Positions 20,570 to 30,017 of a DNA stretch of 64,000 bases are shown here, one piece after another. This DNA is from a virus. Lineage: Duplodnaviria > Caudoviricetes. Location: IMG/VR virus record IMGVR_UViG_2859564202_000001; one strand, written 5' to 3'. The stretch's first letter is position 1; each line of letters starts with the position of its first letter. The position numbers and the translations under genes are program-made. The notes beneath the pieces are model-generated. The model saw only the letters and a program-made list of their open reading frames with translations, had not been told where the DNA came from and did not search any database.

Positions 20570-20788
20570 GTGATTACTTACTTCTCAGCTATAGACATAC
20601 TTTCGCTACTTATTCTCAGCGTCATTATGCTCATCTGCAGTGCGCCAGTCTTATTAGTCATCTTTCGCAGCAACAGTCCTGACGACCTCATCGCAGCACT
20701 CATCCTGACAGCGTTGTTGGGTTTTCTCGCTGTCAATTTTGTACTCCCCACACTCGCAGACATCGGCTGCACGCTGTGCGAGCTTTAA
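20570..20788 (+). CDS. Small membrane protein, paralog of 51743-51982
   Basis: DDL.AALI...LLGF.A..FVLP.L...GCT.C.L shared. Confidence 0.65.
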   Translation: MITYFSAIDILSLLILSVIMLICSAPVLLVIFRSNSPDDLIAALILTALLGFLAVNFVLPTLADIGCTLCEL

Positions 20789-20819
20789 ACCAGTACCCCA
20801 ACCAGAAAGTGACTACGAC

Positions 20820-21131
20820 ATGAGCGCAAAATCCCCTACCCCACAGCCTCCGTACGAAATACCATCATTCCGGAAAAGACGCCTAATCACTACCGGATTA
20901 TTAACAATCACAACATTGTGGTTCATCTACTTTTATGTGGATCTAGTAAGCGCCACTACGCTACTTACGCTGCCGGTGATTATCGCTGCACCATTGATCA
21001 TGGTCTACATCTGGTACCACGAATTCACATACTATGCTCGTGTCCGCAAAAACAATAAGCTTTACAAGGCTCTCTATGGGCACCTCCAAAACCATCAACA
21101 TCCTGAAAATACGGATACTCCACCCATGTAA
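20820..21131 (+). CDS. Two-TM membrane protein
   Basis: AGAAAG RBS before MSAKSP; two hydrophobic segments. Confidence 0.6.
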   Translation: MSAKSPTPQPPYEIPSFRKRRLITTGLLTITTLWFIYFYVDLVSATTLLTLPVIIAAPLIMVYIWYHEFTYYARVRKNNKLYKALYGHLQNHQHPENTDTPPM

Positions 21132-21265
21132 ATAGTCACTAAGATTTAGTCACAGTGACTGTAATGGCTCAAGCCTCTACAACACCTTCAACACAAAAAA
21201 CACCCCGGTTGAAAACTCTTAACCGGGGTGTTGCTCATATCTCAAAAAAGAAAGGACCAACAATC

Positions 21266-22042
21266 ATGCTTTATTATCTCGCTGCTGCTGTGGACACAAC
21301 ACCCCGTGACACCATGACCATGGGTGAAGTCTTCATTATGACCTGCCTAACATTTATTGTGATCATAAGCTTTTTCGGAATGGTATACGCCATAGCACGC
21401 CTAATTGAACATTTAATTTACCAACAATGGCGCTCGTTCATGACGTCTGCGTGTTGGCTCATAATTAGCTCGGTCGTTTCCCTCATCAGTTATGGTATAG
21501 CTTTAAACAAAAGCGATAACAATGAACCGATGGTGTCTACGACAGAACCGACTCCCCCACCCACTAACACCCCACCAGAAAATAACACCTCGACCGAACC
21601 TATGGACTGGTCGATCATTATTAATGTGCTTGCCGTTGCTACTGTCGTGATACTCACCCTTATCATCGCAGCTGCATTATATAGGGGTTTCACACGCAAC
21701 AAAATAAAAAAACTTGAAGCTATACGAGAAGCCCAGCAACACGAACGCGACAATCCCACTATCCGCATTGCTGATCTTCGCGGCATCATGGATACTCACC
21801 ACTACATCTACACCGACGTCATGGTTACACGTGCACATGAACTCATGATTACTGCACCCGCATTCTTTGATGTCACTCTCCCCGAAGCAGTGCTCTACGA
21901 AGATACTAAACGTGCTGCTCATGATGCCCTTAACGGCTATAAAGACACCACTGTCGCTAGTGCAGAGAAGATCATGCTTGTAGATGCAGTCACCGCAGCA
22001 TGGACTCTCTATTCCACAAAAGCAAACACCGGATCCACGTGA
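21266..22042 (+). CDS. Three-TM membrane protein
   Basis: AAAGGA RBS before MLYYL; three hydrophobic helices and a Pro/Thr linker. Confidence 0.65.
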   Translation: MLYYLAAAVDTTPRDTMTMGEVFIMTCLTFIVIISFFGMVYAIARLIEHLIYQQWRSFMTSACWLIISSVVSLISYGIALNKSDNNEPMVSTTEPTPPPTNTPPENNTSTEPMDWSIIINVLAVATVVILTLIIAAALYRGFTRNKIKKLEAIREAQQHERDNPTIRIADLRGIMDTHHYIYTDVMVTRAHELMITAPAFFDVTLPEAVLYEDTKRAAHDALNGYKDTTVASAEKIMLVDAVTAAWTLYSTKANTGST

Positions 22043-22079
22043 TCCGAGAGCCGAGTACCGCTTAAGTCTCAGGCATAAA

Positions 22080-22910
22080 TCAAGAACTCAGAGACGATCC
22101 GGCAGGACGAATGACATCCACAGGTTCAGGCTGATCCGTCACCTCGATCACATATTGAACCTCTGAGTCCGAACCATCCGGGAAAGTCACTTCTGTACGA
22201 AACCACAGTTGACCGGTTCGATCATCAGGCGCCGTGAAGGTGAGATCGCCAGTCTTCTCATCTATGAGAATGATTGCACCCATCAACTCCGCATTCTCAA
22301 TTGAGCCGTAACGATCTCGGACCACCTTCGATCCCTGTGGGACCCCACCAACCGCTCCTGTACCACCATCCGTCACCCTCAATGGGATCTTGACAGTCTG
22401 ACCATTGCGGACTTTAGGATAACCCGTGCTTTCAATGCCGTAGTAAATACTGTCAGCCACATAAACCACTGAATGGGGTGTCACTCTATCAAATGACCCA
22501 TCAGGGTAGACCACCTTGACAGTCACTCGATCTGTATAAGATCGTTTCATTTCACCAGGGGTGTAGCTGATCCCCGAAGCCCCAAGAGTATGTCGAATCT
22601 CCCCTGTATTTGGGTCCAATCGAGAAGCGAGCAGACCATCATCAATAATAATTGAAAACGAATCACCCTCAAGTAAAAATCGAGTCTCCTCTGGTAATTC
22701 AGCAAGGTTTTCAACAGACTGTTCAACCGACTTGGGAAAGACTCCACTAGAACCGAGACGCGTTTCTAAGGATTCATACCGTGGTTCATACTGAGCAGCC
22801 ATAGACACATTTTCATATGCAATCGCAACACCCGTGCCATTTACCGTTGCTCCGAACAACAGTGAACATGACAGTGCAGCGGTAACCAACGTGCGTGAAC
22901 GTACCAACAT
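22080..22910 (-). CDS. Secreted YPDG/Rib-like domain protein, copy B
   Basis: Full-length paralog of 9698-10537; ends GSSLSS. Confidence 0.8.
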   Translation of the reverse strand: MLVRSRTLVTAALSCSLLFGATVNGTGVAIAYENVSMAAQYEPRYESLETRLGSSGVFPKSVEQSVENLAELPEETRFLLEGDSFSIIIDDGLLASRLDPNTGEIRHTLGASGISYTPGEMKRSYTDRVTVKVVYPDGSFDRVTPHSVVYVADSIYYGIESTGYPKVRNGQTVKIPLRVTDGGTGAVGGVPQGSKVVRDRYGSIENAELMGAIILIDEKTGDLTFTAPDDRTGQLWFRTEVTFPDGSDSEVQYVIEVTDQPEPVDVIRPAGSSLSS

Positions 22911-23066
22911 ACTTCTACACCACTTTCTAAATTAGAGATACTCTATGCCACCTCACAGTATAGGTACAGGATGTGTGGCGTTCCCTGCCCTCATGGACGG
23001 GGTTGCTGCGTACCAACTGCCCTACACATTGCGAGAGCCGGATAACGCTTAAGTCTCAAGCAGAGA

Positions 23067-23366
23067 TCAAGAACTCAGAGACGATCCTACGGGGCGAATA
23101 TCATCCACAGGTTCAGGCTGATCCGTCACCTCGATGGAATAAGAGGCCGTCGCATATGTGCCATCTGGATAAATTAATTCTGCAGCAAACCACAGTTGAC
23201 CAGTTCGATCTTCCCGTGCTGTGAAAGTAAGCTCACCGGTTTTCTCATCAATAACGACAATTGCACCCATCAACTCCGCATTGTCAATTGAGCCATAGCG
23301 ATCTCGGACCACCTTCGATCCCTGTGGGACCCCGCCAATCACTCCTGTGCCGTCCATCACCCTCAA
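23067..23366 (-). pseudogene. 3' fragment of a YPDG/Rib-like gene, copy C (mosaic)
   Basis: Only the last ~99 codons; alternates between B-like and A-like sequence. Confidence 0.8.
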
Positions 23367-23423
23367 TGGGTCAGGCCCTTCATACTTCTACCTTTACAGA
23401 ACCAGACTATCTATTGACGAAGC

Positions 23424-23807
23424 TCAGCTACTCAGAAATATGCTGCCAACGGAAATATCAATGTGCAAAGCTAATGGCAGGCCGTCACCTGCTATAATTG
23501 CCCAGCTCGGGTCTAAGTTTTCAGGATCTACTATGAAAGGATCAGTACGACCGTCGGGATCACTCAATTGAAGATACACCGGGTTTGCTTGGGGTGGTTG
23601 ATCCTGTGGCATTGGGCCGGCCATGTCTACTGTATCAATAGGCAACCCACATGGTTGTACACGAACAATGAGATCACCTGCTTCAGATACTGAAAAACCA
23701 GCGCGCCCTTTGACATTAATGTCTCCCAAATAATTGCCGCATCCTGAAACAGTCAGGCCGCAGATTACTAAGGCTGCCAAAGTCTTGATTCGTCGTTCCT
23801 TCATCAT
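23424..23807 (-). CDS. Lipoprotein, possibly 3'-truncated
   Basis: Lipobox VSGC; ends close to the junction with the Rib fragment. Confidence 0.6.
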   Translation of the reverse strand: MMKERRIKTLAALVICGLTVSGCGNYLGDINVKGRAGFSVSEAGDLIVRVQPCGLPIDTVDMAGPMPQDQPPQANPVYLQLSDPDGRTDPFIVDPENLDPSWAIIAGDGLPLALHIDISVGSIFLSS

Positions 23808-24080
23808 AACTCCGTCTTCGTTGCACCCATCAGCAAAAAAAGGTACAGCGTTGTTTGGCTTTCACCCTGGTAGATAAGATCCACTTCTAGCTCAAAATAG
23901 CATCTGATAACTACGAAAGTGCTATCAGGGATGCAGAGAGGTCTAAGCTTTATTAGCTCATACACTATGCACATCGTGAGATGGACTATCGCAACAGGTT
24001 GTAGATCTCTGAATTCAGCATGAATCAATTGTCTTTCGATGCCATTATCGCGTGAGGTTTCCGGCTCAGAAAGCGGTGGT

Positions 24081-24512
24081 TCAAGCTGCCTCGGAATTAC
24101 GCTCCACGAAACCCTCAAGCCCCGGAGCTACCCACCCTACGGGGAGTGACCACAGGTGAGACAGTTCAGGTCTAAATGATGTGCGCTCCTCTTCGAGCAC
24201 AAGCGCAGCAAAGTCTTCTTCGAGTGTTGCACTCATAAGAGATTGACCTGGAAAAACAAAAGAAATTTCACCAGGCGTGGAAAGAGCCGTCACAAACACC
24301 AGATGCACCAATTGCCCTTTATATATTTCTTCACGAGCAACATCAGCCTTGTTAATATCTTCCCATTCAAGAAAATGGTTCTTCAGCTTCCTACCCTTCA
24401 GAAGCTTTTCAATATAATCACGTCCATCTGAGCCATCTAATAAACCTACGCAGCATTCATAGCTTGAATCCTGCTCAGAAAGGAACAAGAGAATCAGCTT
24501 GTCGGAATACAT
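24081..24512 (-). CDS. Acidic cytoplasmic protein; candidate immunity/partner of the upstream LGFP protein
   Basis: AGGAGA RBS; start 29 nt after the LGFP gene stop; no signal peptide. Confidence 0.65.
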   Translation of the reverse strand: MYSDKLILLFLSEQDSSYECCVGLLDGSDGRDYIEKLLKGRKLKNHFLEWEDINKADVAREEIYKGQLVHLVFVTALSTPGEISFVFPGQSLMSATLEEDFAALVLEEERTSFRPELSHLWSLPVGWVAPGLEGFVERNSEAA

Positions 24513-24541
24513 GCCGCAATTCTCCTATTCCATTCCTTATG

Positions 24542-26125
24542 TTAACTACGGTCTATCGTACACGGAAGATAAGCGTAATTAGTTGCTGACTGACCGAAAT
24601 ACGGCTGACCTTCATAAGTCACCTGAAAATATGAAGTACCCCAAAATAATGTATTCTTCTCCCCGCTGCAACCCGCCTCTAAATTGGTTTGCACAACAGA
24701 ATTCCTATTACCGAAGAATTGTTGTGCATATGCTGCTTGAGCCCATCGTCCCCAATAGTCGTAGTAAATCCATCCATACCCCACTACATCTGAGACAGTT
24801 CCAGGAAGGTCGCAATCCATCCTAGCCTTAAACCCAATCTTTGGAACCCTAATCCCGACTCCGTCACTCTTCGTTCTCACATGAATGTTAGCGGATTGCG
24901 ATTGACATTGAATCGAATCTTTCTTGGCGTTAAGTGAATTCGCCTCTACACGAGAATTTGACAATCCGTTCTCAAAATACTCTATTGCTTCCTCAAGATT
25001 AGCAAAGGGTAAAAACTCAATAAAAGCCTCAAGAGGATTGGGGTATAGGTTAGCTGCAAGTTCGCCTTTTTCGAATACCTGATTAGCCATGTTTTCTGTA
25101 TACTTTTCTGGATCGCCGATAGGGTAACCGAATTCCCCACTCTCAGCTCCTTCTTCTCTCCAGATGCTGTATATATCCCCTAATATAGGGTGAGCTCCGT
25201 GTTGCGGATGCCAGTAGACAACTCCGTTCTGGAAAACAGAAAATCTGCCCACACCGTCAGCTGTCACAGCCTCATCCGCAATGGGAAAACCAAGGTCACT
25301 ATCAGGACCACCCAATTCAAGCCATTTATCCAAGATCAGCCCATTAATACTGGCCACCTGGAAACCGTCCAATACCGGACTGCGATACACTCGCCCACCT
25401 TGGAAAGTTTGCACCCACCCACTCAACTCACCATCAATCGGATTGGAACCATTCACAGGGACTTCACCACCAGTGGGATAACCCATCCACCCAGACTCCC
25501 ACCCATTACGCTCCCACACCTGCGCACTGTAATTATTAACAGCATGCGCACCAGTTGTCGGATGCCAATAAACAAACCCATTCATAAACCGCTGACGATA
25601 CCCCTGACCATCAGGATTTAACGTTTGGCCTTCACTCGGAAACAACATCCACCCAAACTGGGCACCCTGCTGAATATAGCGCTCTAAAATAGCACCACAA
25701 ACCTGATGAGGTGACGGCCAAAACGTCTGACACGCCGCAGCCGCAGCAAGGCCTCGCGTCTGTGGCTGAGATTGTTGCTGTGCAATAGCTATCTCTGCCT
25801 CATCAGCGGCTGCTTTATCAATAGTTACTGGCAGCTCCACCTTATCTGACCACATCTCACCCGGAATGAGCTCTTCATTAGGTGCGCCAGATTCTTGGGC
25901 TTGTCGGATAGCCTCGTGGATCTCGGCGATTTCTTGCTCAGTGTAGCCACCCACCCCGTCTACCACAGGTGGGGTATTCCCTTCGTGGTGGAACTGTTGA
26001 ACATACGCATCTTGGTCTTCAGGTGTGACCACCTGACTAGCTTGCCCCTGTGCCACAGGTGCTATACCACCTGCAACAAGAAGTGCTGCAGCAATGACGC
26101 CTGCAGCCTTGGAAAACAGTTTCAT
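24542..26125 (-). CDS. psp3: Secreted LGFP-repeat protein with a distinct C-terminal domain
   Basis: Signal peptide; MGYP/LGFP/FGYP repeats with F..G..YWHP..GAH; gene symbol from memory. Confidence 0.85.
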   Translation of the reverse strand: MKLFSKAAGVIAAALLVAGGIAPVAQGQASQVVTPEDQDAYVQQFHHEGNTPPVVDGVGGYTEQEIAEIHEAIRQAQESGAPNEELIPGEMWSDKVELPVTIDKAAADEAEIAIAQQQSQPQTRGLAAAAACQTFWPSPHQVCGAILERYIQQGAQFGWMLFPSEGQTLNPDGQGYRQRFMNGFVYWHPTTGAHAVNNYSAQVWERNGWESGWMGYPTGGEVPVNGSNPIDGELSGWVQTFQGGRVYRSPVLDGFQVASINGLILDKWLELGGPDSDLGFPIADEAVTADGVGRFSVFQNGVVYWHPQHGAHPILGDIYSIWREEGAESGEFGYPIGDPEKYTENMANQVFEKGELAANLYPNPLEAFIEFLPFANLEEAIEYFENGLSNSRVEANSLNAKKDSIQCQSQSANIHVRTKSDGVGIRVPKIGFKARMDCDLPGTVSDVVGYGWIYYDYWGRWAQAAYAQQFFGNRNSVVQTNLEAGCSGEKNTLFWGTSYFQVTYEGQPYFGQSATNYAYLPCTIDRS

Positions 26126-26492
26126 TCACATGATCCTTTCGTTACTAGTTGATGTGAACAAACTGACCCTAACCCGAAAAAATCATAAGTTCTGTGAATA
26201 AAATTGTTGTGCGCGTATTTCCACCCCCGTTATAGGCAGGGCAAACATCACATAAAAAAGGTAACTTTTGGCTACTGACTTTTATGCCCATTCACGGTAT
26301 TTAAACGACTCCATCCACCAGCGCCAAAAATCGTCCGAAACATGAGGTGATAGCGGTTTTATGCGCCAATTAGTTCGCAGACACAGCCCTTACTCTGGAT
26401 ATTTCAAGGGTGCATACACCCCCAGCACTACACGTGCAAAGCACCATCTCAACACATCGAGATGGTGCTTATTTATTCACCACAGCCAACAA

Positions 26493-28925
26493 CTACCGCT
26501 TCGCCAGGCGCTTCTTCTCCACCTGTGCAAGCGCATCATCAAGATTCTTCGGCCCAGTTTTCAAAGCTAGTTCTTTCGCTTCTACATCATCAAGCTCCTT
26601 CATCTTGCGCGCAGATTTCTCATCAAAGCGCTCTTCGCGGTGCTCGGCCTTCGCCTGAATTGCGACAACATCAAGATCCGCTGTGCCCACCATCGTCGTG
26701 CCACCACCGTAGTGCTTGTCTCGCTTGGATCGTCGCTGACCTCGCTGTGCTTCAATCTTGCGACGCTGCTCCATATAAGGATTAACGCCCAACGCAAGGT
26801 TGGTTTCAAACACCACATTGGTAGATCCTCGGCGCAAATAGCTCGCACCAGAATTCTGCGTTGTCACCAACCGTGCCAAGTCCATCGGGATCTGACTATT
26901 AATCAGAGATTGATAAGTATCCACCGAGTCAACGTTCATCGGGCCCAAAATGGTGTACGCAGCACGTTGGAATTGATTGAAGCCAACAGTGCCAAGCATC
27001 GCGTCCATCGAGCTGTAGAGATACGCCACTCGCCCACCACGCTCAGCCATATATGCGAACTGATTAGCCAAATAATCCTGAACATCAACATCGACAATGC
27101 CATCAGCACCGTGAATGATGACCACATCGCCTTGACCAAGCGTCTCCACAGCAAAACCAATCACGTTAACCAGCTGTGCCATCGCGACACCTGCGCCACG
27201 TCGCAGCACTCCAGAAAAATCATAGATCACGCGGCGTGCAGAGTTCACAGAATCAATGCCATCTGCCGTGTGCTGATTAAACAGATCGCCATGAGTATCG
27301 AGCAAATCCTTATAGGTCAGTCGCAGCACAGAAATGGCACGAAACATTTCAGGGTCTTTGGTTCCCTCATATTTCTGGCGCTCATATTCTTGATCCAAAT
27401 AGGACACGAAGACAGAGAGCAACGGGATCTGCTCATGAGGCACACCAACAAGACGCAGCTTGTCACGGTTTTCACCGGCATTAAGAGCCCACATTTTCAT
27501 ATCCACATAAAAGGCTGTAATAATTTCTTTGAGCTTTCCGCGCAATAGCGCCAGCTCAGAGGTCTTATCGCCCAATGCCTGCTCGGTCATAAACACGATT
27601 TTGTCCATGTGTGTGGAATACAGCGACAGCTCATCTTCTTGCTTACCAAACAGCTCGAACATGTTGAGATCTCCGCTAGTCATATCCACATGAGCGGTCA
27701 TGGATTCTAGCTTTGGTCCCATTTCATCGAGCTTGGCACCATTGAGCACCAGGTGCACTACGCGACGGTTATTCAGTAGCGCTGCCTGAGAAATCTTCGA
27801 CCCCCACATGTCAACGACACGGGGACGCTTAAGTAGTGGTGATGTATTAATCGAGCTATCTGCGCATACGACATGTCCCGACCAGCGATCCACATCAAAA
27901 AGCACAGCGGAGTTGTTGACATCGCCACGCATGACACCGACGTATTCGCCAGCAACATCGTTAAGACCATTGGTGACCAAAGAATAAGAACCGGCAAACT
28001 CAGTCGAGGTGAAGTGGAATCCTTTACCTCGCTTTTTGCTATTTTTGCCAAAAATCTGTGACAGTTCTTGACGTTGCTCACCGTGGTGTGCAGCAATATC
28101 CATTCGCGATAAGTGCTCGATAAAACTGCGTCGAATTTTCTCAACAGTCGAATCCAAGATCTCAAGGTTTGGTCCACGCAGCAGCAGACGGTTGTGCACA
28201 GTCAAATATGATGCACCATCATCAAGCTCGGCGATCACCTCATCAAGATCAAGTCCACGCTTAACAGTCTTGCGGCGGTTGGACTTAGTGGAAGAATCAG
28301 CCAAGTCTGATTCTTCTGTCTTAGCTAGTCGGTCAGTATTTTTCAGATTGTCATCAATCCATGACTGCTTCATCCGCTCCACTTGCTCAAAAAGCACAGC
28401 TGAGACACCCTCAGGCAGATTGCGTGGAATGCGGTTGACGCCCCAGAAAGCACCGAATTCATCCTTGGCATCCTCATTGTGGAAAAACGACAAAATAGTG
28501 CCGATTTCATCATCCACCTCAAAATAATCCGAGTGGAAAACATAGTGCTCCCTCGGCTTAATCACCATGAGGTGACCGTGATTTTCCATGGTGCCCAGCG
28601 CTGCCTGAGCGTCCTTTTTCTGCTGACGAGTCATCGTCTCGTCATCGAGCTCATCACTAATTTCTTCCACGTCATGCGCATCGGTATCGGTGGCACGATC
28701 ATCAAATTCACCAAAACCAAATGATCCACTCAGTGTGCGCGCGGTGCGCGCAGGTACAGGTGGGATCGGGTCTGATTCGGAGGTGCGACCAATGATGCGA
28801 GCTCCTAACGAAGGTGCTGGGAGCGGTGCTTCTACAGCAGTGGTAGTGGTTTCTTCAGCCTCCGTAGTAAGTGATGCAGCAGGTTCTTGTGCCCGTTTGT
28901 TCTTGAGCTTGTTAAAAAGTTTCAT
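26493..28925 (-). CDS. VirB4/ConE-like protein with degenerate ATPase motifs
   Basis: 810 aa; follows a PrgI-like gene; overall layout resembles VirB4 (G...VLFD...H, N.FE, VIYDFS.V, VVII..AD); no GxxGxGK[ST]. Confidence 0.55.
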   Translation of the reverse strand: MKLFNKLKNKRAQEPAASLTTEAEETTTTAVEAPLPAPSLGARIIGRTSESDPIPPVPARTARTLSGSFGFGEFDDRATDTDAHDVEEISDELDDETMTRQQKKDAQAALGTMENHGHLMVIKPREHYVFHSDYFEVDDEIGTILSFFHNEDAKDEFGAFWGVNRIPRNLPEGVSAVLFEQVERMKQSWIDDNLKNTDRLAKTEESDLADSSTKSNRRKTVKRGLDLDEVIAELDDGASYLTVHNRLLLRGPNLEILDSTVEKIRRSFIEHLSRMDIAAHHGEQRQELSQIFGKNSKKRGKGFHFTSTEFAGSYSLVTNGLNDVAGEYVGVMRGDVNNSAVLFDVDRWSGHVVCADSSINTSPLLKRPRVVDMWGSKISQAALLNNRRVVHLVLNGAKLDEMGPKLESMTAHVDMTSGDLNMFELFGKQEDELSLYSTHMDKIVFMTEQALGDKTSELALLRGKLKEIITAFYVDMKMWALNAGENRDKLRLVGVPHEQIPLLSVFVSYLDQEYERQKYEGTKDPEMFRAISVLRLTYKDLLDTHGDLFNQHTADGIDSVNSARRVIYDFSGVLRRGAGVAMAQLVNVIGFAVETLGQGDVVIIHGADGIVDVDVQDYLANQFAYMAERGGRVAYLYSSMDAMLGTVGFNQFQRAAYTILGPMNVDSVDTYQSLINSQIPMDLARLVTTQNSGASYLRRGSTNVVFETNLALGVNPYMEQRRKIEAQRGQRRSKRDKHYGGGTTMVGTADLDVVAIQAKAEHREERFDEKSARKMKELDDVEAKELALKTGPKNLDDALAQVEKKRLAKR

Positions 28926-28960
28926 CTATCCCCAATTCAGTTTAAGAGAAATATATTAAA

Positions 28961-28995
28961 GAAACTTTAACACAAAGAAAGTAGCTATTAAATGT
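28961..28995 (-). promoter_or_regulatory. Putative promoter/operator shared with 2281-2315
   Basis: GAAACTTTAACACA-N11-TATTAAATGT, same spacing. Confidence 0.5.
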
Positions 28996-29090
28996 CATTT
29001 TAATAGCTTATCTGCACCCCAGTTGCTTACCCACAGACATGAAAAAACAGGCTGCTGGATCATCCAACAGCCTGCATCAAACTCCAGGTG

Positions 29091-29960
29091 CTACTTTTTC
29101 TTATGTCCGTAAATGCTGCGCAACAGGTCATTAACCTCAAAACCGTTGAGCTGGCGGCACTGTTTATACATCGCACTTGAGTTTTCTACCTCAGAGAGCA
29201 AAATCTCTTGCGCAGTATGCAGTGCAGCGTCATTGGGTGAATGCAGCGTCAAATACTGGTGAATTGAGCTGAATTTTCCACCTACGTCATAACGCAAAAT
29301 ATCAAGCGATTCCTCCATGAGTTTGGTGAGCTCAGGGTGTCGATACACTAAGTTCTGATTTTTACGCTCGACGTTGGCGACCTGGCTAAATACGGCTTGA
29401 GATTCTTTCGTCGTGATGAAATTCCACTGCGTATCTGTTTCCACCTTTTGCCAAAAAGAATCTACGCGGTCAACGATTTGGCCGCGATCACCAGAAAACA
29501 ACAGTGCTGAGGCCGTGCCTACGACAGAGTAGAAATAACCGACGCTGCCGTCCAAATAACGCACATAGCCATCTTCATCAACACTTTTAATACCGACAAG
29601 CTGCATAAATGGGTATGGTGCGGTATCACGTCGTGTAGAAATTCTACGGTGTTGTTTCTGCAGATAGCCGAACAGAGCCGGCAGCTGCATAAACTTCATT
29701 TCCTTGGTCTTAGTCCACTGTCCGAAATACGCAGCAAAACCAATCACCCACAGCACGATAATGATTTTCAGCCACACCGGTGAGTGCTTGACCGGTGGTG
29801 TCATAATCACAGCTGCAGTGGAAATAAACACTACAAACCAAAACAGCAAGACTTTAACAGGGATAACACCAAGGCTAAACGACTTGGTAGTAATCGGAGT
29901 CTCATAATCCAGCACACTGCGTGCTAGAGACGGTGGAACTTTGTACTCTGCTTTTGCCAT
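29091..29960 (-). CDS. PrgI/TcpE(VirB3)-like two-TM protein with cytoplasmic extension
   Basis: Two N-terminal TMs; GIKSV..DG...Y.DG.....Y.V...S..L region as in Gram-positive conjugation proteins. Confidence 0.55.
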   Translation of the reverse strand: MAKAEYKVPPSLARSVLDYETPITTKSFSLGVIPVKVLLFWFVVFISTAAVIMTPPVKHSPVWLKIIIVLWVIGFAAYFGQWTKTKEMKFMQLPALFGYLQKQHRRISTRRDTAPYPFMQLVGIKSVDEDGYVRYLDGSVGYFYSVVGTASALLFSGDRGQIVDRVDSFWQKVETDTQWNFITTKESQAVFSQVANVERKNQNLVYRHPELTKLMEESLDILRYDVGGKFSSIHQYLTLHSPNDAALHTAQEILLSEVENSSAMYKQCRQLNGFEVNDLLRSIYGHKKK

Positions 29961-30017
29961 CTCACACCTTCTTTCTTCAACAAATGGTTTGTTTCTTCTA
30001 GTGCACGTACTTGTGCG

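Noticed and set aside
23804-24118. 104-aa minus-strand ORF as a second immunity gene
   Set aside because: Overlaps the upstream gene by 38 nt, no clear RBS and atypical composition.
26640-27548. 302-aa plus-strand ORF
   Set aside because: Antisense shadow of the VirB4-like gene; no recognisable motifs.
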